Positions 40,559 through 50,123 are shown, counted from the first letter of the stretch. The stretch: 50,123 nt of DNA from Armatimonadota bacterium (GCA_034722055.1 JAYENL010000106.1:36871-86993), one strand, 5' to 3'. Numbers and translations: made by a program. Notes: generated by a model not told the origin, from the letters alone.

Positions 40559-41218
40559 ATGATCCTGCCGGTGCTGATCCAGGCCCAGGGGCGCGACGAC
40601 CTGCCCGCGGCCTTCCAGCCCATCGAGGACGACCCCGATCTGCCGCGCGTGCTGCTCATCGGGGACTCGATCTCCGTCGGCTACACGCCGCCGGTTCGAG
40701 AGATGCTGGCCGGGACGGCCAACGTGCATCGCATCCCCGAGAACGGGGGCCCCACGACCCGCGGCCTGGAGCGCATCGACGACTGGCTGGGCGATGGGGA
40801 CTGGGACGTCATCCACTTCAACTGGGGTCTGCACGATCTGAAGATCGAGGAGCACGGCGACCATCAGGTCCCCATCGATGAGTACGAGGACAACCTCGAG
40901 GAGCTGGTGGTGCGCCTCAAGCAGACGGGGGCGGAGCCGATCTGGGCCACGACGACGCCCGTCCCGCAGCCGGTGGACGGCCCCTTCCGCAGGCCCGAGG
41001 ATGTCATCCACTACAACTCGGTCGCCAGAGCCATCATGCGCGAGCACTCCGTGATGATCGACGACCTCTACGAGTTCGCCCTGCCGCAGCTCGACAAGAT
41101 CCAGCGCCCCCGCGATGTCCACTTCACCGAGAAGGGCTACGAGGTGCTGGCTCGCCAGGTCGTCACTGCCATCAAGGAGGCACTGCTGCCGCCGGAGAGG
41201 ACCGGTGCGCCTCAGTAG
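40559..41218 (+). CDS. SGNH/GDSL hydrolase family protein
   Basis: LLIGDSIS, HFNWGLHD, WATTTP, DVHF. Confidence 0.92.
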   Translation: MILPVLIQAQGRDDLPAAFQPIEDDPDLPRVLLIGDSISVGYTPPVREMLAGTANVHRIPENGGPTTRGLERIDDWLGDGDWDVIHFNWGLHDLKIEEHGDHQVPIDEYEDNLEELVVRLKQTGAEPIWATTTPVPQPVDGPFRRPEDVIHYNSVARAIMREHSVMIDDLYEFALPQLDKIQRPRDVHFTEKGYEVLARQVVTAIKEALLPPERTGAPQ

Positions 41219-42774
41219 CGGACCTCCACCGCCATCTCGCGGACCTCGATCTCGCCATGCAGGGCGGGGTCCGCCTCCGTCAGTGACACGGTGAGCGTGT
41301 TCTCCCCCCGCTGCATCTCGCTGGCGCGGGGCTCGAAGCTGAGCTGCGAGAACGGCTCCAGGGGCAGGTAGTGGATCCGCAGATCGCGGCCGTTTGGCGC
41401 GTGGAGCCGCTGCACGCGCTCAGGAGAGATCTCCGCGCCGTTGAGGGCGAGCCGGAACTGATCGCGGATTGTCACGCCCACCAGCTTCAGCTCCACGCGC
41501 ACCTGCTCCGCCGCCTCCAGGTCCTCGTAGCATCGGAATGCCAGCTCCGCCGGGTGCCCGGTGAGCCGCTGGATCGTCGCAACCTCCGGGGCGAAGTGCC
41601 GGTACTTCGGCGGGTCGGTGTAGAACAGGAAGCGCTTGTCCTGATGCCGGACAGCCTCCGGATCGCCGATTTCGCGGAGGGCCCGGCGACTCCGCGTCAG
41701 GTCAGGGTGATAGCCCTGAGCATGAAACTCCGGCGGCGGCCAGGCGGCCGCGTCGAGGGGCCTGGGGATCAGCCCCGAGAGCTCGTCGAGGCAGGGGAAG
41801 TTGAACAGGTAGACCCCGTCCGCGCCGGCGCCGTAGCCATTGGCGGCAGCCCCGCGAAACTCCTCCAGCGAGTGATACTGCCCGGTGCCCCGGCCGCAGT
41901 TGCAGTAGGGATGCACCACCGCATCCCGGCCCAGCAGGGCCTTCCACTGCTCCACCGGCACCTGGAAGTCGGTCCCGTAGCAGCCCGGCGAGATGCCGTC
42001 AACCAGGTCATCCTCCACCCACCCCGCCACGTCCAGGCCCGTCTCCAGCGCCAGCTCCGGGTCGCGCGGGACGTTGACCCGCAGCAGGTAGCGACCCGAT
42101 CCGCGCCGCTGTGCGGCCTCGTCGAGGTCGGCGCGGATGCGCCGGACGAGGTCGGTCATGATGGGCGCCCTCTCGCGCCCCTGGCCCTCCGGGAAGAAGA
42201 ACGGCGACCGCATGGCGTCCAGCTCCACCCCCGCGATCTGCGGGAACGTCTCCAGCACCTCCAGCACCAGCCGCCGCAGGTACTCGCGCACGGCCGGCAC
42301 GGAGTAGTCCAGACAGCTCCCGTAGTAGCCGAAGGGCTCGCCCAGGCGCCACTCGGGGTGATTCATCCAGAAGCGCCCGGCCACCGGGCCGGTGGGGTCG
42401 GAGCTCATGTGCGCGTCGTTCATCCGGAAGCTGGCCAGGGCCGGGATGCCCATCTCCGCGAGCGTGTCGATGCAGAAGCCCACGTAGTCGCCCACCTCGT
42501 GGTGCAGCCGCTCGCGATTGCGCGCCCAGCGGCTCTGCTTCACCCGGTCGGTGAACGCAAAGCCGGTGCCCACCGGCTCGGCGATCTCGCTCTGGTAGTA
42601 GGTCACGTAGCCCCCGAAGGCCACGCACCAGCAGACCAGGTCCACCTGCGTGCCCTCCAGCCGCCGCAGGTAGGTGCGCAGGTCCTCGGCGGTAAGCTCA
42701 TCCCAGGAGTAGAGGAAGTTGCTGCCATCGTCGTTCAGGATGATGCGCGGGACCGCACTCTCGTCGCTGTTCAT
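41212..42774 (-). CDS. GHL10/DUF187-like putative glycoside hydrolase
   Basis: IILNDDG, ASFRMNDAH, HPEWR, LDYSVPAVR, GVELDAMR, GADGVYLFNF. GGAGG RBS before the ATG at 42774. Confidence 0.7.
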   Translation of the reverse strand: MNSDESAVPRIILNDDGSNFLYSWDELTAEDLRTYLRRLEGTQVDLVCWCVAFGGYVTYYQSEIAEPVGTGFAFTDRVKQSRWARNRERLHHEVGDYVGFCIDTLAEMGIPALASFRMNDAHMSSDPTGPVAGRFWMNHPEWRLGEPFGYYGSCLDYSVPAVREYLRRLVLEVLETFPQIAGVELDAMRSPFFFPEGQGRERAPIMTDLVRRIRADLDEAAQRRGSGRYLLRVNVPRDPELALETGLDVAGWVEDDLVDGISPGCYGTDFQVPVEQWKALLGRDAVVHPYCNCGRGTGQYHSLEEFRGAAANGYGAGADGVYLFNFPCLDELSGLIPRPLDAAAWPPPEFHAQGYHPDLTRSRRALREIGDPEAVRHQDKRFLFYTDPPKYRHFAPEVATIQRLTGHPAELAFRCYEDLEAAEQVRVELKLVGVTIRDQFRLALNGAEISPERVQRLHAPNGRDLRIHYLPLEPFSQLSFEPRASEMQRGENTLTVSLTEADPALHGEIEVREMAVEVRY

Positions 42775-42953
42775 TGCCGTCCTCCCCGGCGTCGCGCGCC
42801 GCATATCCGCCTCCTGCATTCGGCTCCGTACAGTTCCTCGCGTCCCCCCTGCAGGCCTCCGGCCGTACGGTCCGGAGGGCCGGCGTCTGCCGCCGGCCCT
42901 CCGCTATGGGTATGGGATGTGCATGACCGGGCTGTGCGTCCGTCGATGATCCG

Positions 42954-45041
42954 CTATGACACGATCACGATCTCATGGTCGTCCACCCGCGGCACCGTAA
43001 CCGACAGCGAGCCATCACTTCGCCGCGCGGTCTCCAGCTCCTCCTCGGCGATGATGGTGCGGGCGTGTGAGAAGCTGCTGTCGCGCACCACCACCTCCAC
43101 GCCGAAGACCGGCAGGACCTCCTCGATGGTCGCCATGGCGTTGCGGTTCATCATGCGATTGGTGGCGAAGGGGAGGTTCAGCAGGTGCACTCGGAGGTGA
43201 TCGGCCGCGCGGAGGGCGTTCATATACAGCACCGAGGGCCCGTCAACCTCCAGCGGGGGCCGTCGGCGCAGCACCAGACCGGCGAAGAGATCGCGCGTCC
43301 ACAGGTACGGCCGGCTCCAGTAGCCGGTGCCGATGTCCTCGGCGAAGTAGACGGCCTCCCCGTCCCCGAAGGCATGCAGCGTCACTCCCGGGAGGCCCTC
43401 CTCGTGGCCGCCGTACCCCGCCGAGGTCGCCAGGACCTGCGTTCCCTCTTGGGCCTCCACCAGGCAATGCGCGGCGCCGATGGAGATGTTGGCGATGCCG
43501 CCGGTCAGCTCCGGGTCGGTCATCAGCAGTCCCCGGCGCACATCCATGCCGTTGCCGTTCTTGCCGATGGTGTCGCGCCAACTCACGCCCAGCACGTCGG
43601 CCAGCGCGAAGTCCTCCCGGCGCTGCCCGTGCGGCTCGAAGAGCGTGGACTCGAAGCTCGCCACCAGCAGCCCGCCGGCCTCGACGAACTCCCGCAGGCG
43701 GTCGCAGGCCGGAGCCGAGAGATGCGCGGCGTTGGGCAGGATAATGACCTGGTACTCCGCGAGGTCGTCCTCCTCCAGGTGCTGCTCGTAAAGCACGCTG
43801 TGCAGGATCTGACGCTCGGCCAGCATGGCGTGGGTGCCGAAGAGGGTGGCTGAGTAGCACTCGTAGTCCCGGGAGCCGTCGCGGCTCCGGTTGTAGAAGT
43901 CGCGGGTGTGCTCGCTGACCACCACGCCGGCGAAGCGCAGCTCCTCGCCGCCGAAGTAGTGCTCCCGCAGCTTGATCTCTCTGTTGGCCTCCTTCAGCGG
44001 TCGCCAGCGATACCGCGGCTGCTCCTCCGCCAGCGACAGGTCGCTGCCGTGGGCCATGCCCCACCACGGCCACACGCCCTCGGTAATCGCGCCCAGCCCG
44101 TGGTAGGTGAGCATCTGCTGGCGCGGCTCACCGTAGCGCAGCTCCCGACCGGTCCACAGCGGCGTCCAGACGTCGGCGCCGGCCTCCGAGTGCGCCTTCG
44201 CCAGCTTCGCGTTCACGGTCAGCAGGTTGGGGCCGTTGAAGTCATAGGTGCCCGAGTGGTGGGAGGCGTAGACGTCCTCGAACTTGCGGATGGGCGCGCC
44301 CCACTCCCACTCCTGCTTCCAGCCCGGCGCATCCCAGGGGTGGTTGGCGGGGTTGACGGTGATTGGCACATCCGGCCGCTCCTCCCGCACCCGGTCCACG
44401 ATCCGCCCCAGGTTCGCAAGCAGCGCCTCGGCGCGCCACTCCAGCCACTGGATGAAGCGCTCGTCCTCCCAGTCCTCCCGCTCGGGCAGTTCCAGGCCGG
44501 TCTGCTCCCCGAAGCACTCCCGGCACCACTCGCAGATGCAGCCCGGCCGGAACTGCCCCGGCATGCCCCGAAGCGAGAAGCCGTCGAACCACAGGCCGTC
44601 CACGCCCAGCTCCAGCACCTCGCACTGGAAGTCGGCCAGGATCTCCCAGTAGGGCGAGCCCAGCAGGCACATGCCCACGGTCTCGGGGTAGACGGTCCCG
44701 TCGAAGGCCGGGAGGAACTCCATGGCGTACTCCGGCCACCTCTTCGCCGGGGCGTAATCGCCCGGGTCCCGCACGTGCTGGATGTTGAAGACCACCCAGC
44801 TTGTGACCGCGATGTCCCGCTCGTGGCAGGCGTCGATGAGCCGCGGCACGTAGCCGGGGTCCATCTCCGGGTGATGAGGCATAATCTCCGAGGGGAAGAG
44901 GGCATGGCCGGTGCCGATGGTGGCGCTCATCACGATCATGTTGCACTCGGCGTACTCCAGCAGATCGACCAGCTCACTCACGTCGTAGCTGACCGGCCGG
45001 AACTCCACGCGGCGCAGCCGATTATGGTGGTCGAGCAGCAT
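42954..45041 (-). CDS. GHL6-like putative glycoside hydrolase with a beta-galactosidase trimerisation-like domain
   Basis: GHALFPS, LIDACHERDI, VDGLWFDG, CICEWCRECF, VIILPNAAHLS...EFVEAGGLLVAS, DFALADVLG, RVHLLN. Confidence 0.75.
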   Translation of the reverse strand: MLLDHHNRLRRVEFRPVSYDVSELVDLLEYAECNMIVMSATIGTGHALFPSEIMPHHPEMDPGYVPRLIDACHERDIAVTSWVVFNIQHVRDPGDYAPAKRWPEYAMEFLPAFDGTVYPETVGMCLLGSPYWEILADFQCEVLELGVDGLWFDGFSLRGMPGQFRPGCICEWCRECFGEQTGLELPEREDWEDERFIQWLEWRAEALLANLGRIVDRVREERPDVPITVNPANHPWDAPGWKQEWEWGAPIRKFEDVYASHHSGTYDFNGPNLLTVNAKLAKAHSEAGADVWTPLWTGRELRYGEPRQQMLTYHGLGAITEGVWPWWGMAHGSDLSLAEEQPRYRWRPLKEANREIKLREHYFGGEELRFAGVVVSEHTRDFYNRSRDGSRDYECYSATLFGTHAMLAERQILHSVLYEQHLEEDDLAEYQVIILPNAAHLSAPACDRLREFVEAGGLLVASFESTLFEPHGQRREDFALADVLGVSWRDTIGKNGNGMDVRRGLLMTDPELTGGIANISIGAAHCLVEAQEGTQVLATSAGYGGHEEGLPGVTLHAFGDGEAVYFAEDIGTGYWSRPYLWTRDLFAGLVLRRRPPLEVDGPSVLYMNALRAADHLRVHLLNLPFATNRMMNRNAMATIEEVLPVFGVEVVVRDSSFSHARTIIAEEELETARRSDGSLSVTVPRVDDHEIVIVS

Positions 45042-45208
45042 CTCCGCGCCTCCGTCACCCGACTGCTACTGGAGCGATTCGGCGCGCCGCCCTCCGCACA
45101 CCTGCCTCAAAGGCTCACAACTTTCTCACATTTTGCGGTACCTGAACGTGCTGGCGGCAGGGCGTGAGGGTGCCGTCCCGGCCTCCCCCCGAGCCGAGCT
45201 TCGCTCGG

Positions 45209-45715
45209 CCCACCCCTCTCCCTGGCGCCACACACGACGTGGCGCAAGCGGGAGGGGGGAACGGATCCGACCAATCCACCGTTCTCGCTCTCTCGCCGCC
45301 GAAACGTCGTACGGAACGACCTCCATGACGTCTTGCGTCGCTGCCTTTGCCGTACGGAGCGCCCCATCCGCCATTCTCGCTCTCTCGCCGTCGGAATGCC
45401 GTACGGAGCGGCGGGCAGCCGTGCCCGCCGGCCGTTTGTCGCTATTGCCCAGCCGGTTCGAGGGGCCGGCCTGCGTTCCGGCCCGGCCTTGGTCGTCGCC
45501 CGCACGCTCCTCTCCCTCGCCCCGAGTAACTCCATACGTCGCGGGAACGGCGACGGACAACGGCGCCAACGGCAGGCGGCGTGGGCACGCCGCCGCTCCG
45601 TACGGCAAAGGCATGCCCTCTGCTGCAGGGCGCCGACGCGTGCCGCGCGTGTCGTTGCCCTCCGCCCCCGGCCCCCTCTCCCGCCTGCGGCGAAGCCGCC
45701 AGGGAGAGGGGGACA
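45209..45715. repeat. Mosaic repeat cluster 5 (REPIN/MITE-like)
   Basis: Perfect 20-nt inverted repeat 45342-45361 / 45594-45613, flanked by two CCCCTCTCCC...GGGAG(A/G)GGGG hairpin units. Confidence 0.8.
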
Positions 45716-45833
45716 ACAGTTCGCGGCACGCGAACTGCCAGGGGGTGAGGCAGCCGTCCGGGCAGGAGCCGACCGCCGCCGGGGCGAAACGCCACGCGCG
45801 CAGAGTATGATGCCGCACGGGAGGGTATGACCC

Positions 45834-46817
45834 ATGACCGAGGTTCGAGTCGGCTTCGTCGGCGCCGGCGGCAACGCCCGCGGGCACATGAATCGCCTCA
45901 GCGACATCGAGGGCGTGAATATCGTCGCAATCTGTGACGTGGTCGAGGAGACTGCCGCGGAAGCGGCTGAGACGCATTCCGCCAGTGCATACATCGACCA
46001 TCACGACATGCTCGATGAGGTGGAGATGGACGCGCTCTACGTCAGCGTCCCGCCCTTTGCGCACACCGATGCCGAGATCATCGCCGCACAGGCGGGCATT
46101 CACCTCTTCGTGGAGAAGCCGGTGGTGCTGAACATGGACACGGGCTTGGAGATCCTGGAGGCCATCCGGGAGGCCGGAGTGCTCTCCTGCGTGGGCTATC
46201 AGCTCCGCCTGATGGACACCTCGCAGCGGGTGAGGGCCTATCTGGCGGACCGCCAGGTAGCCATGATCTCGTCCCACCGCTGGGGAGGGCTGCCCGGCAC
46301 CCCATGGTGGCGCGTCATGGACCAGTCCGGCGGGCAGCTTCACGAGCAGACCACGCATCAACTCGACCTCATGCGCTTCTGCACCGGCGACGAGGTGGTG
46401 GAGGTCTGCGCGCGCTACGACCGCCTGACGATGGATGACGTGGAGGGCATCACCATCCCCGACAGCCAGGGCGTGCTGATGACCTTCGCCTCCGGCACCA
46501 TCGCCACCATCGTCACCAGTCCCATGATGACCCAGGGCGGCGGCAAGAGCGACATCAGCTTCCTGCTCCGGGATCAGATCATCGGCTGGTCGCCGCGTCA
46601 GATCTCCGTCAGCGGCCTGGAGGCGCCGGAGCTTGAGGCCGAGCCGGAGGAGCGCCCCAGCATCGACGAGGTCTTCGTGCAGGCCATCCGCGAGGGGGAT
46701 CAGTCGCTGATCCCCTGCTCCTACGAGGAGGGCCTGCGGACCTGCGACGTCACTCTGGCGGCGAATCGCTCCGCCGAGACCGGCCGGCCGGTCGCGCCGC
46801 AGATGGCCGGGGCGTGA
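45834..46817 (+). CDS. Gfo/Idh/MocA family oxidoreductase
   Basis: VGFVGAGG, YVSVPPFAH, FVEKP, VGYQLR, SGGQLHEQTTHQLD. Confidence 0.92.
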   Translation: MTEVRVGFVGAGGNARGHMNRLSDIEGVNIVAICDVVEETAAEAAETHSASAYIDHHDMLDEVEMDALYVSVPPFAHTDAEIIAAQAGIHLFVEKPVVLNMDTGLEILEAIREAGVLSCVGYQLRLMDTSQRVRAYLADRQVAMISSHRWGGLPGTPWWRVMDQSGGQLHEQTTHQLDLMRFCTGDEVVEVCARYDRLTMDDVEGITIPDSQGVLMTFASGTIATIVTSPMMTQGGGKSDISFLLRDQIIGWSPRQISVSGLEAPELEAEPEERPSIDEVFVQAIREGDQSLIPCSYEEGLRTCDVTLAANRSAETGRPVAPQMAGA

Positions 46818-46854
46818 TCCCGACAGCCGCACCAAGTGGCGAACCGGAGGGTCT

Positions 46855-49212
46855 GTGATGATCGCCCGACCGGACGTAGCTGCCACCGCACTGATCTCGC
46901 TGGCGCTCCTGCTGCCCGCTGCGACCGCACTGGCGCAGGGCGACGCCTTCCCGGCTGTGCTCACGGACAATGCCGTCGGCGACGAGCCGGCGATCCCCAC
47001 CGGCGTCACCTACGAGGCCCAGCCGGAGTACACCAACCCCGCCGACGAGTCCGGCCGCCGGCTGCTGGATTGCGACCGGCCCTGGGACGACTGGAACGTC
47101 ACGGTGGGCGTCAACGAGCCGGAGCAGACGGTCGTGTTCGACCTCAAGGCCCAGTACCGCTTCAGCCGCTTCTCGGTGCGCATGGTGCACGAGCAGAAGC
47201 CGGCGAGCATCGACGTGGCGGTCGCCTCTGCTGAGGACGGACCGTGGCGGGAGGTGGGGCAGATCGTGCCCGCCGAGGCGGAGGCAGATGAGCGGGGCTG
47301 GTTCTCGCTTGCGGTCGATGAGCCGGTCACGGGCCGCTACGTGCGCCTGTTCTTCCGGCTGCAGGAGTGGGGCTGGTACGTCAAGGAGGTCAAGTTCTGG
47401 GGCGTACCCGCTGATGAGCCCGGCTCCGACGCCGCCGTCCCGCTGCTGATGGACGGCGAGCGGCTGGTCATCGCCCGCGACGGCGAGCTGGCCGCCAGCA
47501 TCATCATCGCCGCGGACCCGTCGCCGGAGATCGTCAGCAGCGCCAGGTTCCTGCAGACCACCATCCGGCGCATGACGGGCGCCACGCTGCCGCTGCGCGA
47601 CGACTCCCGGGACTGGGAGGGGGGCCGCATCCTGGTTGGCCCGTCGCGGCTCAATGAGGTGCAGGTCCAGCAGGGTCTCGACGCGCCTCAGCGCTATCGG
47701 CTCCGCGTCGAGGGCGGCTCCATCTCGCTGGCGGGCAATGACGCCGGGCCGCTGCACGGCACGCGCAACGCCGTCTTCGCCCTGCTCTGGGAACTGGGCT
47801 GCGGCTGGTTCGGCCCCGATGAGCTCTACCACGTCATCCCGCGCACCGATGAGCTGTCCATCGGTCCGATGGATCGCGACGAGCAGCCCGACTTTCAGTT
47901 TCGCAGCGTGTGGAACGTCTTCCCCGAAACTGCCGGCGCCTGGCGCCTCGGAGGCCCGCGGGTGAGCTCAGGGCACGCCTACAGCCGCATCATCCCGCCC
48001 GACGAGCACTTCGAGCAGCATCCGGAGTACTTCGCCCTCGTGGACGGCCAGCGTCGGGCCGAGAGAGCCCAGATCTGCTTCTCGAACCCCGACGTGCAGC
48101 GTATCACCGTCGAGAAGGCCCGGCGTTACTTCGACGAGCACCCTGACGCGCTGACCTTCAGCCTCTCCGCGAACGACTGCGGCGGCTTCTGCGAGTGCCC
48201 CCAGTGCGCGGAGATGGGGGAGAACCCCGGCACCCGCACGCTGGCCTTCGCGAACATCGTCGCCCGGCAGCTCGCCGAGACGCATCCGGGCAAGATGGTC
48301 TGCTTCCTGGCCTACTGGTACACCTTCGCGGCGCCCTCGGACATGCAGGCTGAGCCCAACGTGATGGTGATGGTCGTGAACCAGGCCTGCCATGCCCACG
48401 CGGTGGATGACCCCACGTGCCCGCACAACGCGGGCTGGCGCGAGAACTTCGAGAGGTGGTGCGCCACGGGTGCGAAGATGGCCATCTACGAGTGGTACAT
48501 CCCCGGCTGCAAGCGGGCTCACTGGCGCTCACTGCCCTGGGTCTCGACGGACGTGGCCTTCCGGAATCTGCGCTACTGGCGCTCCAGGGGCGTGCGGTGG
48601 GTCACCTATGAGTCCCAGCCGGCCTACGAGAACGGCTCCGGCTACCCGCGGCGCTGGCCGCTGTATTACCTGGCCGCGAGCGGCCTGTGGGACTGCGACG
48701 CCGATCCCCGGGAGGTGCTCTCCGAGGCCTGCCGGCGCCTGTATGGGCCGGCGGCGGAGGCCATGACGCGGTACTTCCAGACCATGGCCGAGGCCATGGA
48801 GGCCACGAGGCTGCACAGCAGCATCTGGAACCTGCCGCCGGCGCGGGCCGTGTACCGGCAAGACGTCCGCGCCGAGCTCCGCTCCCTGCTGGGCGAGGCG
48901 CTCATCGCCGGCGGCACCGACCCTATGTCCTGGGCACGCATCGCCAGGGAGGTTGAGCTGTGGAGGGAGAGCGAAGGGGCGCTGGCCGACCTCCCGGAGC
49001 TGACGCAGCATGCGGTGGACGCGCGGGACTACAATGGCGGGGTATGGTTCACCGATCAGGCACGGGTCACCGGCGCGCTGCTCCGCGAGCTGGTGGGGAT
49101 CGGCGCCGGCGAGGACCTGCTGGTGGTGGTCGGCGACCAGCGGCTCCCCCTGGAGGACGATCAGACCTACGACGCCACCGGCGGCCTGCGCATCATCCCG
49201 GCCGGGGAGTGA
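46855..49212 (+). CDS. Exported DUF4838 domain protein with an N-terminal discoidin/F5-8-like domain
   Basis: Signal peptide, VVFDLK...GRYVRL, LGCGWFGP, HPEYFALVDG, QICFSNPDV, SLSANDCGGFCECPQC, FLAY, LWD. Confidence 0.85.
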   Translation: MMIARPDVAATALISLALLLPAATALAQGDAFPAVLTDNAVGDEPAIPTGVTYEAQPEYTNPADESGRRLLDCDRPWDDWNVTVGVNEPEQTVVFDLKAQYRFSRFSVRMVHEQKPASIDVAVASAEDGPWREVGQIVPAEAEADERGWFSLAVDEPVTGRYVRLFFRLQEWGWYVKEVKFWGVPADEPGSDAAVPLLMDGERLVIARDGELAASIIIAADPSPEIVSSARFLQTTIRRMTGATLPLRDDSRDWEGGRILVGPSRLNEVQVQQGLDAPQRYRLRVEGGSISLAGNDAGPLHGTRNAVFALLWELGCGWFGPDELYHVIPRTDELSIGPMDRDEQPDFQFRSVWNVFPETAGAWRLGGPRVSSGHAYSRIIPPDEHFEQHPEYFALVDGQRRAERAQICFSNPDVQRITVEKARRYFDEHPDALTFSLSANDCGGFCECPQCAEMGENPGTRTLAFANIVARQLAETHPGKMVCFLAYWYTFAAPSDMQAEPNVMVMVVNQACHAHAVDDPTCPHNAGWRENFERWCATGAKMAIYEWYIPGCKRAHWRSLPWVSTDVAFRNLRYWRSRGVRWVTYESQPAYENGSGYPRRWPLYYLAASGLWDCDADPREVLSEACRRLYGPAAEAMTRYFQTMAEAMEATRLHSSIWNLPPARAVYRQDVRAELRSLLGEALIAGGTDPMSWARIAREVELWRESEGALADLPELTQHAVDARDYNGGVWFTDQARVTGALLRELVGIGAGEDLLVVVGDQRLPLEDDQTYDATGGLRIIPAGE

Positions 49213-49407
49213 CCGCGCTCAGGCCAGCGAGACCGGTCCGCTGCGCTCCCGCTTGTGGGGCGACGCGCCCCGCAGGCCCTGCCCCGCGCAGGTCCGGCGG
49301 GCGCGCTTTGTCGATCCTCTCGCCTCTTGCCGCGTGATCCCCCGCGAGTGCACTATCCTATCCGAGGCAGACCCGGGGACCGAGGCCCCCGGCCTCGCCG
49401 CCGGTCC

Positions 49408-49998
49408 TCACGGCACCGCTCCCCACCACTGGTCGCGATCCAGGCGCTTCGTGTGCCACTTGGCGTGCCCATCGCAGTAGCCGACGTTGACGCCCTCATT
49501 ATGTCGGTATTCCGGGTACCTGTCGGAGATCCACGGCCCATACATGTAGTTACCGGTGTGGTCGCAGATCAGGCCGAAGTTGGCGGGGTCCATCTCCCAC
49601 AGGTCGTCATAGCCTGCTACCGCGGGGACTCCTGGCCGGCCGGACCATCCGTTCGGCTTGCAGCAGAAGCGGGCGTTCATTCCATAGTCCTGTCCGGGGT
49701 GAGTCCAATGCCCGGTGTTGGGGTCATCGCCGGACGTGAAGTTGTGAGGCGCTTCCGCCGGGCACAGGAATACCTGGGCGTTCTTGACGTAGGGCATGAT
49801 GCGGCTCGGCCAGCGGATGCTGGGATTCCAGTAGGCGTAGTTGCTTCCGGCCCAGGTGAACATGCCGTCATAGTCCTGGGAGTACATCACGTGTCCCATG
49901 GTGATCTGCTTGACGTTGCTCAGGCAGCTTGCCTGCTTCGCCTTCTCACGTGCCCTGGCGAAGACCGGGAAGAGAATCGCCGCCAGGATGGCGATGAT
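49408..49998 (-). pseudogene. DUF1559 / prepilin-type H-X9-DG domain gene lacking its N-terminal GFTLIELLVVIA segment
   Basis: IIAILAAILFPVFARAREKAKQASCLSNVKQ...YSQDYD...FLCP...YGMN...RHNEGVNVGYCDGHAKW. In-frame sequence upstream of 49998 is unrelated (…RRRPFFSSQ). Confidence 0.75.
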
Positions 49999-50123
49999 CT
50001 GACTGCTGAAGAATGGGCGTCTCCTGCCGTGGGGCGGGATCTGACGTCTCTCTTTTCCGCCGCAGGGCAGGGACAGGAGCTTCTCCAGATCACGATGTAA
50101 CCCTCCGCTCCGCCTTTTCGGCG
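49999..50123. mobile_element. Probable end of an insertion sequence (IS1182/IS5-like terminus), extending beyond the window
   Basis: CTGACTGCTGAAGAA at the junction resembles the CAG(A/G)CTGCTGAAAAA-type terminal inverted repeats I recall for these families. The conserved coding motif breaks abruptly here. No transposase is visible. Confidence 0.5.

Noticed and set aside
49255..50100. 281-aa plus-strand ORF
   Set aside because: It is antisense to the well-supported DUF1559 reading frame and has no recognisable motifs.
49999..50123. Group II intron 3' end interrupting the DUF1559 gene
   Set aside because: No recognisable domain V/VI sequence or terminal AY at the junction. An IS-type terminus fits better.

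Overview
High-GC bacterial chromosomal window, probably Armatimonadota or a similar lineage (inferred from a PEP-CTERM tail and a DUF1559/H-X9-DG prepilin-like gene of the FPVFARAREKAKQASCLSN...YSQDYD type). It holds about 30 genes. Two are recognisable housekeeping genes (mutM, cysK). Most of the rest are exported or putative carbohydrate-active proteins (PL10-like lyase, GH42-like, GHL10-like, GHL6-like, DUF4838, SGNH, arylsulfotransferase-like, beta-propeller) and cytoplasmic catabolic enzymes. The long intergenic spacers are mosaics of several REP-like palindrome classes. Two gene segments lie opposite to both neighbours and are each bracketed by their own matched inverted-repeat pair (68/70 and 53/57 nt). 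A GTGTG array with 10.5-bp phasing follows a sigma70-like promoter near 340-445. The DUF1559 gene at the right edge lacks its prepilin N-terminus, apparently because of an IS-like insertion. No rRNA, tRNA or CRISPR array was seen. All product calls come from motifs read by eye, without database searches.
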